NCBI GenBank assembly: GCA_965235115.1
Contig: OZ249436.1
Coordinates: 21,826,001-21,890,000 of the forward strand
Source: Laetmonice hystrix
Lineage: Eukaryota
Direction: 5' to 3'
DNA length: 64,000 nt
Shown: piece by piece, positions 38,809-50,755 of the stretch
How positions within the stretch are numbered: the stretch's first letter is position 1
Layout: the number at the start of each line of letters is the position of its first letter
The notes under the pieces: generated by a model
Databases searched by the model: none
Told to the model about the DNA's origin: nothing
Seen by the model: only the letters and a program-made list of their open reading frames with translations
Program-made: the position numbers and the translations under genes

Positions 38809-39110
38809 CTTGTACAAGATACCAATTGACGAATAGAAGCGGACCGGAAGACGGTATTGCCAAACAAGTCTAAGGCCGATTTTGATTGGATCAGCTATCG
38901 GGACGGGCCGCCAGATCTGAGCGCGTATGTGCGATTCAATCCATGAGACGGAGAAGTTGTGGACGTAGAAGTAGAAGTTAGAAAGTCTTCCTTCCGGTAG
39001 GTTGATGTCAGCAACCACCCAGATACGATCCTGACCATTGAAGTAGACAGGACGCGAGACGATGTTGTGACCGTAGAACCCGGAACTAGCCGCAGGTCGA
39101 TGTACTGCAC
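38809..39110 (-). CDS. Exon 2, extracellular globular domain
   Basis: tacag acceptor and GTATGA donor. Open frame ..GFYGHNIVSRPVYFNGQDRIWVVADINLPEGRLSNFYFYVH..IRAQIWRP..GILYK. Phase 1 to 0. Confidence 0.8.
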
Positions 39111-40429
39111 CTGTACGTTTTAAACAGGGAAATTATATTTTTTACACGAATTATAATGGTAGCCGCTTGGTGGCCAGCAATGCCTTGTGTCTAGATTTAT
39201 AGCCCGTCTTGCAAGTTAAGTAAGTTAAGTGTTACTGAATCCTGTGGAATGACGGCCCCATCGTGAGATTTATGGGCATTGAGTGACCGTAACTGATTTT
39301 TTTATTATTTTATCAGAATTAATATAGGCCGAGACAAATCTTTACTCGCATTGTATTTAGCCCCCCCCCCCCCATAATTTAACATACCTTCATCTTCAAT
39401 GTAAGTTATCGCATCTGAAAAAAAATAAACATATTAATACATTTATTTAGGCTCTCTCTGTGATGTCTGTCTGTCTGGCTGTATGTCTGGCTGTATGTCT
39501 GTCTGTCTCTCATAATAGCGGTTGTCTGATACACTTATCTTAGGTAGGCCTATGGATGAACATAATGTGGACGCTGTACTAACCTACTAGCCTAATAAAT
39601 CACTCAATTACAGGACCCATAAGCGTTGCAAACAAATGGGTTTACAATTATTTCAATTCGTTCCCTCGTGAACACCGTCATTGTGTAATTTAATTACAGG
39701 ATCTATTTAACATAATCAGGTAAGAAGGGGCCAAATGTAAACAGTTCAATTTACCTCAAGTAAAACTCCTACGTTTTAACTGCCCCCCCCCCCCGCTTTC
39801 GCATCGGCCGGGCCCCATCAAGGCATGCGGCCCCGGGCACTGGTCAGATCAGTGCAATACTGCGGTTCCAGAGATTGTGGCAGACACTTTTTCTTCTTTT
39901 TTTTTCAATCCACATGCCAGCCTGATTGTGGTGGCCATTATCATACTGATAGTTCCGGACGGCCGTGACTGGCAGAATCTAGGCTTCACTGTCACGATCT
40001 GCCAGGGTACCGACCGACCGACCGGGTTGACGTGAGGACGGACTGTAGCTCGCACCTTGCGGTCAGATCACGTGAAGTCTCGGAGCTATGGTCTGAACCA
40101 CTACTAGATGCAGCCTTGCATCCAATTTACATGTACTTTTAAAATGTGACAGCTGTCTTGCGCTAGTGATTCCATGTCTAGGGCCCTGTATCCGCAAATA
40201 TATAGACAGGGAATACGATATAAAGAGGTCGCTTTGTACTGGACACATTATATAGGCCGATGTTTAAATTTCTTTGACTTCGCTGGGCGACTGAAATGGT
40301 GTCATATGCGAGGGACACAAAGTAAACAATATGATTGACCAAGGAGTACAGGTTCTATACTGGTAAGATTGATCTGGTGGTGGGCATAATGAAAGGTTTG
40401 ACGTGGTCCGCCTCACACTTACGTCTTAA

Positions 40430-40909
40430 GGAGAAGTGCTAGTGTGAGGCCAAAAAATTTTTGAGACAGATTTTTTTTAAATTTGCAGATAAACAGAGTA
40501 TGTTGTCCTCTTTCAAAATTCAGCAAAAAAATGATACCTCACCGGGTTAGTTTTTTTTGTTAAGAGCGTTTGAAGTTGGTATTTTCTTCATGTTAATGAA
40601 TACACTGTTTGCAATTTTTTTTTACCACTTTTATTTGTCAGAACGGTGTTATGACAAACAGAAGTGGTAAAAAAAACATTTTCACTGGTGTAAATTGAGC
40701 AAAAGTGAAAATGTTCAAAATCAAACTTTTTTTTACCACTTCTATAACTTGAAGACCGTTATGGCAAATAGAAATGGTAAAAAAAAACAGTATTTATTAA
40801 TATCTTTTTTTTGCTGAATTTTGAAAGAGGACAACATACTCTGTTTATCTGCAAAATTAAAAAAAAATCTGTCTCAAAAAAACGTTTGGCCTCACACTAG
40901 CACTTGTCC
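40430..40909. mobile_element. Palindromic Kolobok-like MITE (TTAA TSD, GG..CC), intronic
   Basis: ttaa|ggagaagtgctagtgtgaggccaaa ... tttggcctcacactagcacttgtcc|ttaa, with arms >100 bp. Confidence 0.82.
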
Positions 40910-41700
40910 TTAAATCGTCATAACGTCACCCCCCTCACGACATGGGAACGTGCGGATACTGCAGGAACTACCAACCCAGGCCGAGATGTACTCATGAGTT
41001 ATGGGTCAGATATAGGTGACAAACGTTGGCACTGGGAGCACAGGGCGTTAAGTTCATCAAATATATCAGCCTTGTAACACAGGGGCGCAGACAAGTTAGG
41101 GTAGGGGTAAAAATAAGGTTGGTGAAATATTTTTCTTAAATTGAGAGGATCAAAGCACACTTCAAGCTTCCCTTGTCTGCGCCTTTGTAACAAGCAGTAA
41201 CAGGCAAAACGCCGGATATGCAGACCAACAAAAAAATCATTAAAGAAAAGTAGATTAATGAATATTCATTACTGCCCTGACGCAGCGCTGTTTATTTGTT
41301 TATAACGTGTATAAGCTGGTTCATAGCGACCAGTATTTAGTCGTTAATCTACTGTTTCTTTCCCTTCATGGGATGTTATAGTTTTCAGGCCAAAGGTGAG
41401 GATATCGTAACTATATCTGGACATAGACATCCCTCTGTATATGGGGGAACATATAGTATTACACATATACGTCCACATATCTCCAAAGATAAACAACACA
41501 ATACATTAGGACATTATATAATTATATGATTAGGATGACTGGAATTGTATATTATTGCGTCTCTGTGTATTGTTGGAAATACACCCGACATTTTGATCAG
41601 TTTTAAAGCCGTGCGCATTCAGTGCATGGCGACTATCAGAAAACCAGAAGACGTAATGTCCACACCCTCCAAACAAACGAGAAGCTAGCCAAAAACTTAC

Positions 41701-41782
41701 ATAAAGAAGTCGGAAAATCCACCGAAATGAAGAACAGCATTAACGTAGTCCAAGTGGCAGTAGACCGTTTGAATAAATCCAT
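41701..41782 (-). CDS. Exon 1 (putative signal peptide) of mucin-stalk type-I membrane protein
   Basis: aacATGg start, MDLFKRSTATWTTLMLFFISVDFPTSL, then a GTAAGT donor. Phase 1 matches the next exon. Confidence 0.6.
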
Positions 41783-44700
41783 GTTGCATGGACTATACTC
41801 CGTTCTTGAATCCCTTATAGCGCTGGCATTTCAAGATTTTGGTGTCTCAGCATAGTCTGCTTGATGTGTGTCCGTGAATTGAGCGACCTAGATGGGCGTT
41901 CAGATAGAACCGGTGTGGGGTCAGTGTGGTTATAGGGGGAAGTGGTCAGGGGAACTTGGGAAGGGTAGATGTGGAAATAACCCCCTCCAGTCACGACCCT
42001 AACAACCACACGGCACTGAGAAATGAAACAAGCTACACACGAGACGCCGCTAGAAGACGGACTGATCAGTTTAAACGCTAACTACTGAAAGTCTCAGTCA
42101 CTTTGCTTGACAACAAAACGTGACCTTTGTCAAATGTGTTAAACTGAACCGAAATTAACAAATTAATCCTCGGCAGGAAATGCATAGGTCTAATATAGAG
42201 GAAGAACTTTTGTCGGTCGGCTTGATGGGAACTTTATACGTATATGGTATTGGTTATTTTAATAAGGTAGAGAATTTTTCTGGGTGAAATATCCTAGATC
42301 AGATATTCCAAGGATCTCCTCTCCAAGACCAAGATACTGGTTCACAATAAATGCCGATTCCCTCATTTATGTTCTGAATAGATATTAAAAAGGTACATCT
42401 CAAGTCTATACTATCGGAGGTTAAGTATAGACCGACTCTGAATGCTCATCAAGTTGATATACACGGACGCGACAAGCTCAATGCCTGGCTGAACCTTCAG
42501 AAAGATATTTTCGGCAACCAGGAGACGCACGTCACAGGGAATGCGTGCATTACACCGGGTGGAGCCACGGTGAATCGGGCCTTGTGGACGAGGGTTTGTC
42601 AAGCGCGACCGTCAGTGCTTCACTCGGGCGGGGTGGGGGAGGGACGACGTTTGGGAACTCTTTCGTTGACCGGTCGCATTCGGGTTTCACTCGGGCATAA
42701 TGACGTCATTTCTTCTTTTCGGATAATATTATACCCTGGGGTGATTTGAGTACCATGCGTCGAGATACATGGCGAGGTGGGCCTGTGTAGCGAGGCAGTG
42801 AGTGAACCGCCATATCCAATCGAGCCAGGTAGTAGTGCTGAAACATGCTCCTTTAGCTTCGTATGTGCAAATATAAATCTCTGGTATGAAGATAAACTAT
42901 ACCAAATTATGGGAAACAATTATGGCGGCCTCCTTCGACGGCAAGAACGTGACACATGCAATTGTTTATGCCACATTATCGCTCGGTTTGACGTTCGAAT
43001 TAAACTGGCTGTCTCACGAATTTCAAGTCATACGTAGCGTTTCCCACAAAATATGTCTGCATTGGGGGTCTTCAATATGATCCAAAACTCCCCTATCTTT
43101 CGATGTGAACTTCGGGTATTATGTAAAATACATTCAAAAAGTCGCCAAATCTTATTTCAGTCACTGAAAATGACCTACTTGGCTTCCGAGACCTCGGTAG
43201 TTGTTTTTTTTTCATATTCCTATGTACACTGCTATGCAAATTATTTGTACTACCGAAAATAGATTTCGAATCTACACCACAACAACACAACATTCAAACG
43301 ATTCGGCGACATGCCAAAACGGCGGCACTCATCGTGTTAGCGTGCACTCCAGCTAATATTTTTTCACTTTTCCACCACCAGGGATAATTTCACAGTTATC
43401 TACTCATAGGAGGTGTTAACCGAATCAATATGAAAAACATTCAGTGCCATAAAGTACGTCAGTGGTGAGGAGGTGAGCATAAATCTGAAGATTGGGCCTA
43501 TCCGGCGGGTGAGACGATCCCTTTAAGACCACAACAAGTAGAGACTGAGCTACTTGTAGGCCCGATCATAAACATGATAGGCCTGGGGAGACCGTTCGAG
43601 ACAAGGTCGCTCCTTTTTTACCTAATGAGACCTGGAAGCCAGTCTATTGAAGCAACACCAACGGGACTATCGTAGGAGTCATACATGTCGGCTAATTATA
43701 ACCCTTAGGTACCCTTACTTATGTGTGTAATTCATTGACTTATTGCCAATGATTCACACTGACCTTAAATGGCTGAACCTTCCCCTCGCTGGGGCAGGTT
43801 CGTCCAGCCTCTGGGGCAGTTACACCCCATTAAAATTTTCTAGATCCACAAGTCCTTATAATGTGAAAACAGTGTTCTTGCGTCCTGTTAGTCTGTCTTC
43901 AACGTGGCGACCTAGATATTTTTATGGTGTATGCCAGGCTGATGGTGTGACGTCATAACGTAGCAAACGATTCAATGTTCTGGTGCTGAGGAAAGATATG
44001 ACGTGCGATCGAACGTGCCCCGAGGGCGAACTATAGGCCTACTGCCGTGAAATGACAAAAGGAAGCAACTCCAACTTTCATCAAAATCGACTTGGGTGTA
44101 TTTCTGCTAAACATCCTTCTATAAAGCTATCAGTCACATGACAGAAGCAAGCATGTCCATCCAACTGCACTGTAGAGACAACTTGTTTTATAAATATCCA
44201 TTTCTCGAAACTTGAACTTTTGGACTTGCTTCCTTTTGTCATTTCACGGCAGTATAGCCCCGGTCACTATCGCAGTATTGCCCACTGGCTTTGAGAGGAG
44301 CACATTATTTCAGCTGCTGCCAAATACCGCAAACACTGTCATGATGGGCAGTCTCGGCTCAGTAGCCTATATCTACGATTCAATGCCAGCACCGGCGGAA
44401 CAGATAATATATTGGGGTTGGCCGAGGTTACTTTGAAATGACGGAGAGTTTCCTGGTTGGCCCTGTCGGTGCGCCTGTTGAACACCGCACCGTGGATAAC
44501 GTGTGTGCCCTCTGGTGGCAAATAGACCTGTGTCAAACCTAGCGCCCCCTGGAGTTTCGTGAACTACCGAAATCGCTTTTCGGATATCTTCGCATACAGG
44601 CTACAGACCGTAGTCGGGGGCGGGGAGGGGGCGACCCCCTCCTAAACAAGAAGAGGTCCATTTTTTCGAGAAAATATGAGTTAATGTTCTTTGTAAACAG

Positions 44701-44859
44701 GCCTAGCCTACTCGGGATTGAAAGATACACATTGTAAACCAGTAAATGAATAAATTAAGATTAGCCTACCGCGTTTCAGAAAGATGCCAGCATAGGCCTA
44801 CATAATTATGTTCTAGGCCTAGGCTACATGCTACAAGTATCAAAATTAATGTTTTTATA

Positions 44860-45692
44860 TCGGGTGGATAAAAAAAACGCCCCGAAATTTAAACTTCAAT
44901 ATTTCAAAAAGTAATGATTGTAATTCAATATAATTTTTCTTAATATCACTTCATGATGTTGTCTCTTAGTTGTTAATGTTACAACTCAATAGCTTGGATA
45001 ATATTTCCGTGGGGCTAAAAACAAAAATCATTGTACAAAAGCGCAATGCCGGGCTAAAGCGAGTTGTAGTCGCACCCAGAGTCCCTGGCCTCACACTAGA
45101 GTAGGTGGTCAATCCGCCCCCCGTTTTCACTCCATACTGCTCTCAGTCTCTTTTTCCATGAGCCAATGCACTTCCTGATCTCTGATAGGTAAATATCTTC
45201 CCAACATTGGGAAATACGCAACGTTGTGAATGTGTTGCTAAGCGTGATAATGATGCGATTTCCCTTGAACTTCTCGTTACAGTCATATCGTCCTAATGTT
45301 GCAGTTTCTCTGTAGGGTTTGGCACATTAAACATCTGTTTTTCTCTAAAAGTACTAGGAATAGCACATATTTTATTATATCTTGTGGTCCACAACATAAT
45401 ACTTATTGTAAAACATGCAAAAACTAAATATTGATTTTTTTTTACCCAAGGTACAATGCGGTGCATCAAATAGGTGTCAAATTAGATATTTGACCTAATT
45501 CCGGCATTGCGTTTTTAGACACTGATTTTTGTTTTTAGCGCCACGGGATTAATATCAAAGCCATTGAGCTGAAACTTTAACATACAAGAGATAATATCAT
45601 GAAGTGATAGTAAGAGAAATTTTATTGAATTATAATGCATAGTTTTTGAAATATTAAAGTTTACAGTTCGGGGCGTTTTTTTATCCACCCGA
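44860..45692 (-). mobile_element. Second, inverted copy of the 24883-25739 MITE
   Basis: Same TIRs, and the internal sequence is the reverse complement with scattered differences. Confidence 0.8.
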
Positions 45693-45878
45693 TTATATGC
45701 CTATTCTGGGATATACTTTCGAAGAATGGCTGTTCGACAATTTTTTCCAACATTTTAAACGTCTCAATGAGACCATAGAAGTAGGCTGGGGCAAGGCGCC
45801 CCCCTTAAGTGTCAAAGCATTACCAGGCCGTCTCGTATTATCAGAACGAGTAGTTCTTTTGTGTAAAGAAACATTATA

Positions 45879-46704
45879 TCGGGTGGGCTTAAAAACTTTG
45901 GAACACTCTTTTCTTGACTGTAACTTCTATAATTTTTAGCTCAATGTCATAATATTTGGAACATTATATCATCTGGTTAATTGGAGCATGTGGTATAAAT
46001 TTCAAATAAATAGGTCAAAATGTCTTAAAAAAGGGCCATTTTAAAAACTGCATGTCAAAAATTGCAAAGCCGGACCAGGCGTCCTCGGCAGAGTTGGTCC
46101 CGCTGTGTCTGGAACACTCTCTACTTGACTATAGCTTCTACAATTTCCATAGTTTGTCACTGATATTCAGGGACTGCGGAACAGTTTCGACAGTGGGGGG
46201 GGGGGGGGGCTGCAGTTTGGGATGGCCCGCAAATACTATTCGAGATTTTCTTTTTTTTTAAACTTGTATTAAAAAAGGGCTTTCAGAAAAAAGTGGGGGG
46301 CTAAAGCCCCCCCCCCAGCCCCCTTCCGCGGTCTCTGATATTTAGGGCATCATGTTATATGGTTAATAGCATTTTGTGATTTTAGGCAGATAGGCCAAAA
46401 ACGTTTTACTGTGGAAACAAATCAAACATCATATGTCGGTTTACAGGGGTTTTTCAGGGCAGGTTCCCGCTCATAAAAGACGTGCGGCTTCACGCTAATG
46501 ACCCTGGTCCGGCATTGCAATTTTTTGACACGCATTTTTAAAAATGGCCCTATTTGTAGACTTTTTGACCGATTTATCTGAAATTTGTACCACCAACCCC
46601 AAATAACTAGGTGATATCATGTTCCAAATATTATGACATTGCAGTAGAAATTGTAGAAGTTACAGTCAAGAAAAGAGTGTTCCAAAATTTTTTGGCCCAC
46701 CCGA
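45879..46704. mobile_element. TA-flanked MITE related by TCGGGTGG termini
   Basis: ta|tcgggtgggc..ggaacactcttttcttgactgtaacttcta is mirrored by tagaagttacagtcaagaaaagagtgttcc..gcccacccga|ta. Confidence 0.78.
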
Positions 46705-47570
46705 TATATCTTAGCTACACCTTGCTAATGAGCTTTGGCTGTATCCTTTTTACAACATTAAAAAAATAATTATTTAGGATAAATTACAAAGGGGCGTCTT
46801 GCCTCATATTGGAGGCAAGACGCCCCCTGGAGGCATCTTGCCCCACCCCCGGGGCCTATATCCAAACCATAAAAGCCTGGCAGATTCCCTCTTAATAATT
46901 TTGTTATTTTCGTTTCTTTTGAATGTGGGCCTTCCAACCTGTTATGTTGAATTTAAAGTTAGGGCCTAAGGTGCATGTCCAGACTGGGGGGGGGGGGGGA
47001 GCCCCAAAATTTTAAGGGGGGCCCCTGGCCCCTTTTCCTATTAAAAAGTTATTTTTCTATTTGGGGGGATCTAGATCTATAGCCCCCAGGACAAAAGCCA
47101 AAGTAGGCCAATTTCGGCACCCATATGCCTAGTAGGCCTAGATCAATTTGACACAACCAAAGCGTCTAAAACAAATAAATTTTTCAGGCGTTGTTCAAGG
47201 GAGAGTGCCCTTCAAGATAGTCTATTCTTACCATATTTTCTCATTTGATCTGGGCCATGGCGCAAATTGGGCACTTTTGCTGTGCAATCAGTCGGCCGGG
47301 GAGCGGTTTGACGCGTTGTCGCCAGACGGCCTTCAGTACAAGGCTAGGTGGCGCTGTGGTCACCGTCAGTAAAGCAAGGTATTGGTGACAACAGAAGTTC
47401 ATAAACGTATTTTGTTGTTTTATCATAACGAAGAAAAAGAAAAGTTCCTTCTTCTAAATCAGCATTAATTTTATTGTGAAAATAGCAAGCTTGGATACCT
47501 TATCTCAGAACTAAGGGCATTATCCTTTCAGTATTCCCAAATGAAAAAATGAAACCTTCGTAGATGAAAA

Positions 47571-47592
47571 TACACCATTCTTGATGAGTTAG
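47571..47592 (+). promoter_or_regulatory. Candidate snRNA proximal sequence element (PSE)
   Basis: acaccattct(t/g)gatgagttagg sits ~65-45 nt upstream of U5 and is conserved between both U5 variants while flanks diverge. Confidence 0.5.
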
Positions 47593-47635
47593 GTACTTGA
47601 ACCACTCGACACTTCCCCTCTTCAGTAAATCAGAG

Positions 47636-47757
47636 AACTCACGTTTCTCCTCATTCCACGTATAAATCTTTCGCCTTTTACTAAAGATTTCCGTGGGGAG
47701 GAACATTACAATGAGTCTATAGACGAATTTTTGCATCCCTGCTCTCAGAGCGGGGTA
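47636..47757 (+). ncRNA. U5: U5 spliceosomal snRNA (variant A)
   Basis: Invariant stem-loop 1 aaatctttcGCCTTTTACtaaagatttccgtgg, closing stem actca/tgagt, Sm site AATTTTTG and 3' hairpin ccctgctc-tca-gagcgggg. Ends are accurate to about +/-2 nt. Confidence 0.95.
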
Positions 47758-48277
47758 ATTAAAAAAGGAAGAATAGTCTCCTAACGCAAACTGATTCAGA
47801 CGACGAATGTTGTTTGTAAATAGGCCTAAATAAGATGGAAAAACAAAAATTGTAAAATAGTAAATGAAGAAATTAAGGTTACCGCAAGGAAATATATATT
47901 CCAGTGGTTTCAGAATTATTTTAGGAACATCTCCTCAAAGAGTGGGGAATTTAATGCAAAGGAACTGCATGTTCTGCCTGAAGGCGGCATTATGTACACG
48001 TTACAGGTATAAAATGTTTTCTTTTTATTATAAATGGTTATTCTGCCTGGAAAGAAACAAATAACACAAACACGTAATGGGCCCCCGGACGGGCGCGTTG
48101 GCAACAGAGGTAGACCTACCTGCCTGTTGTCCAAAAGATTACCTATAAATAAATTTTGCAGTTCTTGTTAAAAGGAGACTGCGCTTCAAGATACTCTATT
48201 CTTAGCATATTTTGTCATTTGATCTGGGCCATGGCACAAATTGGGCGCTTTTGCTGTGCAATAAGTCGGCCGGGGAG

Positions 48278-50286
48278 CAGTCTCGGTAACGCCAGACTCT
48301 CAGATAAGAGAGTCTGGGAGAGTTCCGATCTTTCATTGTTACCGCATGGTGGCGCGTCGAACGTTTAGGAACATAAGCGGCTCGAGGAGGCCAGAGAAAA
48401 ACAACCGACCTTTTCGCTTCACGAAAATTCGCTTGATAAAATTGCTCGACAAGACTACGTTTTACTAAGAAAAAGTCGTCATCATGTGTAAAATATGACT
48501 CTAGGCCCCCTATTTTGGCTATAGGCCTATAGGCCGACTGATTGCATTGTGCGGTGTAGAGCGAACACCTAGGCTGTGTGCATGTCAATTGTCCGTTGAA
48601 ATTTGAAAAATCCTTAATACTATCTTACTCAGTTCCTAAAGTTCTATGGTTCATACAATAAAGTTAATTGCTTATCAAACGACATATAGGCCCACTAGCC
48701 TATATGTAGGTGACCGATTAAACAGACGCTGTCTCAGGTTTGGAAATATGTGATCTATGATATAGGCCCCTATGCCGTGCTGGGCAGTGGGCGGGCGCTT
48801 ACTGGCTCACCCGCCGGGAGCGACCGGTGGGGGCCAGGGGCAGGGGAGCGAGGCGGCAGGCAGGCAAGACGCCAGAGTCCATGCAAGCAGGGATGATGCC
48901 GTCCTTGCAAAACGTCTCTAGACTAGAATATAAAACACACATTCCGCCCAATAGCGCTCCAATATTAGTTACGGGTTTTCCTATTAAACCGAGGCTGTCT
49001 CAGGCTTGAAAATATGGCAGACTCTGACTGCGTAAGGTCAGACTTGCAGGCTCAGCCCGGCGGGAGTGACCGAGCCCGAGGTGGCGGCCGGCGCTGCAGG
49101 CGGGGTAGGCCTACCGAAGTCTGTGCATGCATGCACTCGGAACACCGACGCTGCTTCTGATTGGCTGTTTCTAGGTCATATCCGGAGGCGAAGCAGGCCT
49201 CGGATGTATGAAGCGGCCATTTTCCCGTTTTTCGTGCAAAGTAGTGTAAAGCGGTCGCACATGAACACAAGAGTAAATAGTCGACCCCTACGCACAGGCA
49301 CATAGGCCTTGTTCAAATATAATTTCTCAGCATACCTATACCTCGAATTTTCTATCGTGGAGACAAAACAGTCTCTTCTTCACCTGGGAGGAAACCCAGA
49401 TATTCTGACTTTGTATAAAGTCCGACACTAGGGAGTTCTACATTTTCGGCACGGCGGCAGCGCGCGAGTTTGTTGTTTACATCCGGGTCAGTGGTCCCGA
49501 CCTAGCCACCCACCCACCCCACCCCCCAGCATGGCGACCTTCGTCGTACAGCCGAGATATGACGGAGTCAATCGTGGGTGAGCCGAGTGTGCATGCATGA
49601 TGCCGCCGTTGGAGGCTTGTATAAAACGTCGCGAGAACGCTAAAACCAGCCGTTGATCAGCATGAGCAGACTTCCGCTAATTTGACCAATCGGCTGCAAG
49701 ACGACCGGATGCAGAATTCCTGTAGCCTACTTTTTGAAAGCCGCTTATGTCTCGGAACAACGTCACAAACAGTAGATACAAAAGGTTATGATCCACTATT
49801 TATTTTCTTCTATAATTTAATGTAATGTTTTGGCCATTTTCAATGTTTAAAATAATTTCTGCGAATGTCTGCTTGGCATGGCAGGTTAGATATGCATGTT
49901 TCCGACAATAAAAACTCAATTTACGTATAGGTTGAATGATTAGATTTTATTTTATCGGAGCTTCTGTTACATGACCCCAGGTGGCACCACCAAATCGACC
50001 AGAATACAGGCCTGTGATACATAACATATTGGCTAAGATTTTCCAAGGAAAGTTAAGCAGATATTCTCTAATAATACACTGATATTATTGATCATAATAG
50101 TGAACTTTTTCTCTGTGGTATTTGATGAGCACATTCAGGGGGGTTATATCCATTCTTGGCCCTAGATACATTCACTCCATACCTTTTTGAGGGACAACCA
50201 GCAGCCCATTGGCTAAATAGGGGGTCATGACCAAAAGCTTCCAGACCCTCTGCTAGGGCCGCTGAGGGTCTGGATAATCGAGACTG
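48278..50286. mobile_element. Non-autonomous Academ(H)-like DNA transposon, 9-bp TSD
   Basis: gccggggag|cagtctcg...ccagac ... gtctgg...cgagactg|gccggggag. The empty site aagtcggccggggagcggtttg is seen at ~51331. YAG..CTR termini with a 9-bp TSD recall AcademH. Confidence 0.78.
49784..50232 (+). mobile_element. Solo LTDR of the KolobokP-like element, AAAA TSD
   Basis: aaaa|ggttatgatcc ... gtcatgacc|aaaa. It differs from 391-838 by one inserted A and one A>T change as seen by eye. Confidence 0.92.
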
Positions 50287-50633
50287 GCCGGGGAGCGGTT
50301 TGACGCGTTGTCGCCAGACGGCCTTCAGTGCACAAGGCTATAGGTGGCGCTGTGGTCACCGTAAGTAAACCAAGGTATATGCTGATAACAGAAGTACATA
50401 AACATATTAGCCTATGTTGTTTTATCATAACAAAGAAAAAGAAAAGTTCCTTCTTTTAAATCAGCATTTATTGTGAAAAATAGCAAGCTTGGATACCTTA
50501 TCTCAGACCTAAGGCATTTTCCAGTAAGGACCCCCCCCCCCCCCAAATGAAACATTCGTAGATGAAAAGACACCATTCTGGATGAGTTAGGTACTTGAAC
50601 CACTCGACACTTCCCCTGTTCAGTAAATCAGAG

Positions 50634-50755
50634 AACTCACGTTTCTCCTCATTCCACGTATAAATCTTTCGCCTTTTACTAAAGATTTCCGTGGGGAGGA
50701 ACATTACAATGAGTCTATAGACGAATTTTTGCATCCCTGCTCTAAGAGCGGGGTA
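50634..50755 (+). ncRNA. U5: U5 snRNA (variant B)
   Basis: As variant A, but the 3' hairpin loop reads taa instead of tca. Confidence 0.95.

Noticed and set aside
42820..42837. U1 snRNA-like start (tactacctggc on the minus strand)
   Set aside because: The similarity ends after ~10 nt, with no U1 stem-loops or Sm site.
47500..47736. Repeated 78-aa and 130-aa minus-strand ORFs (MQKFVYRL...)
   Set aside because: They are antisense to the U5 snRNA gene, which explains their conservation.
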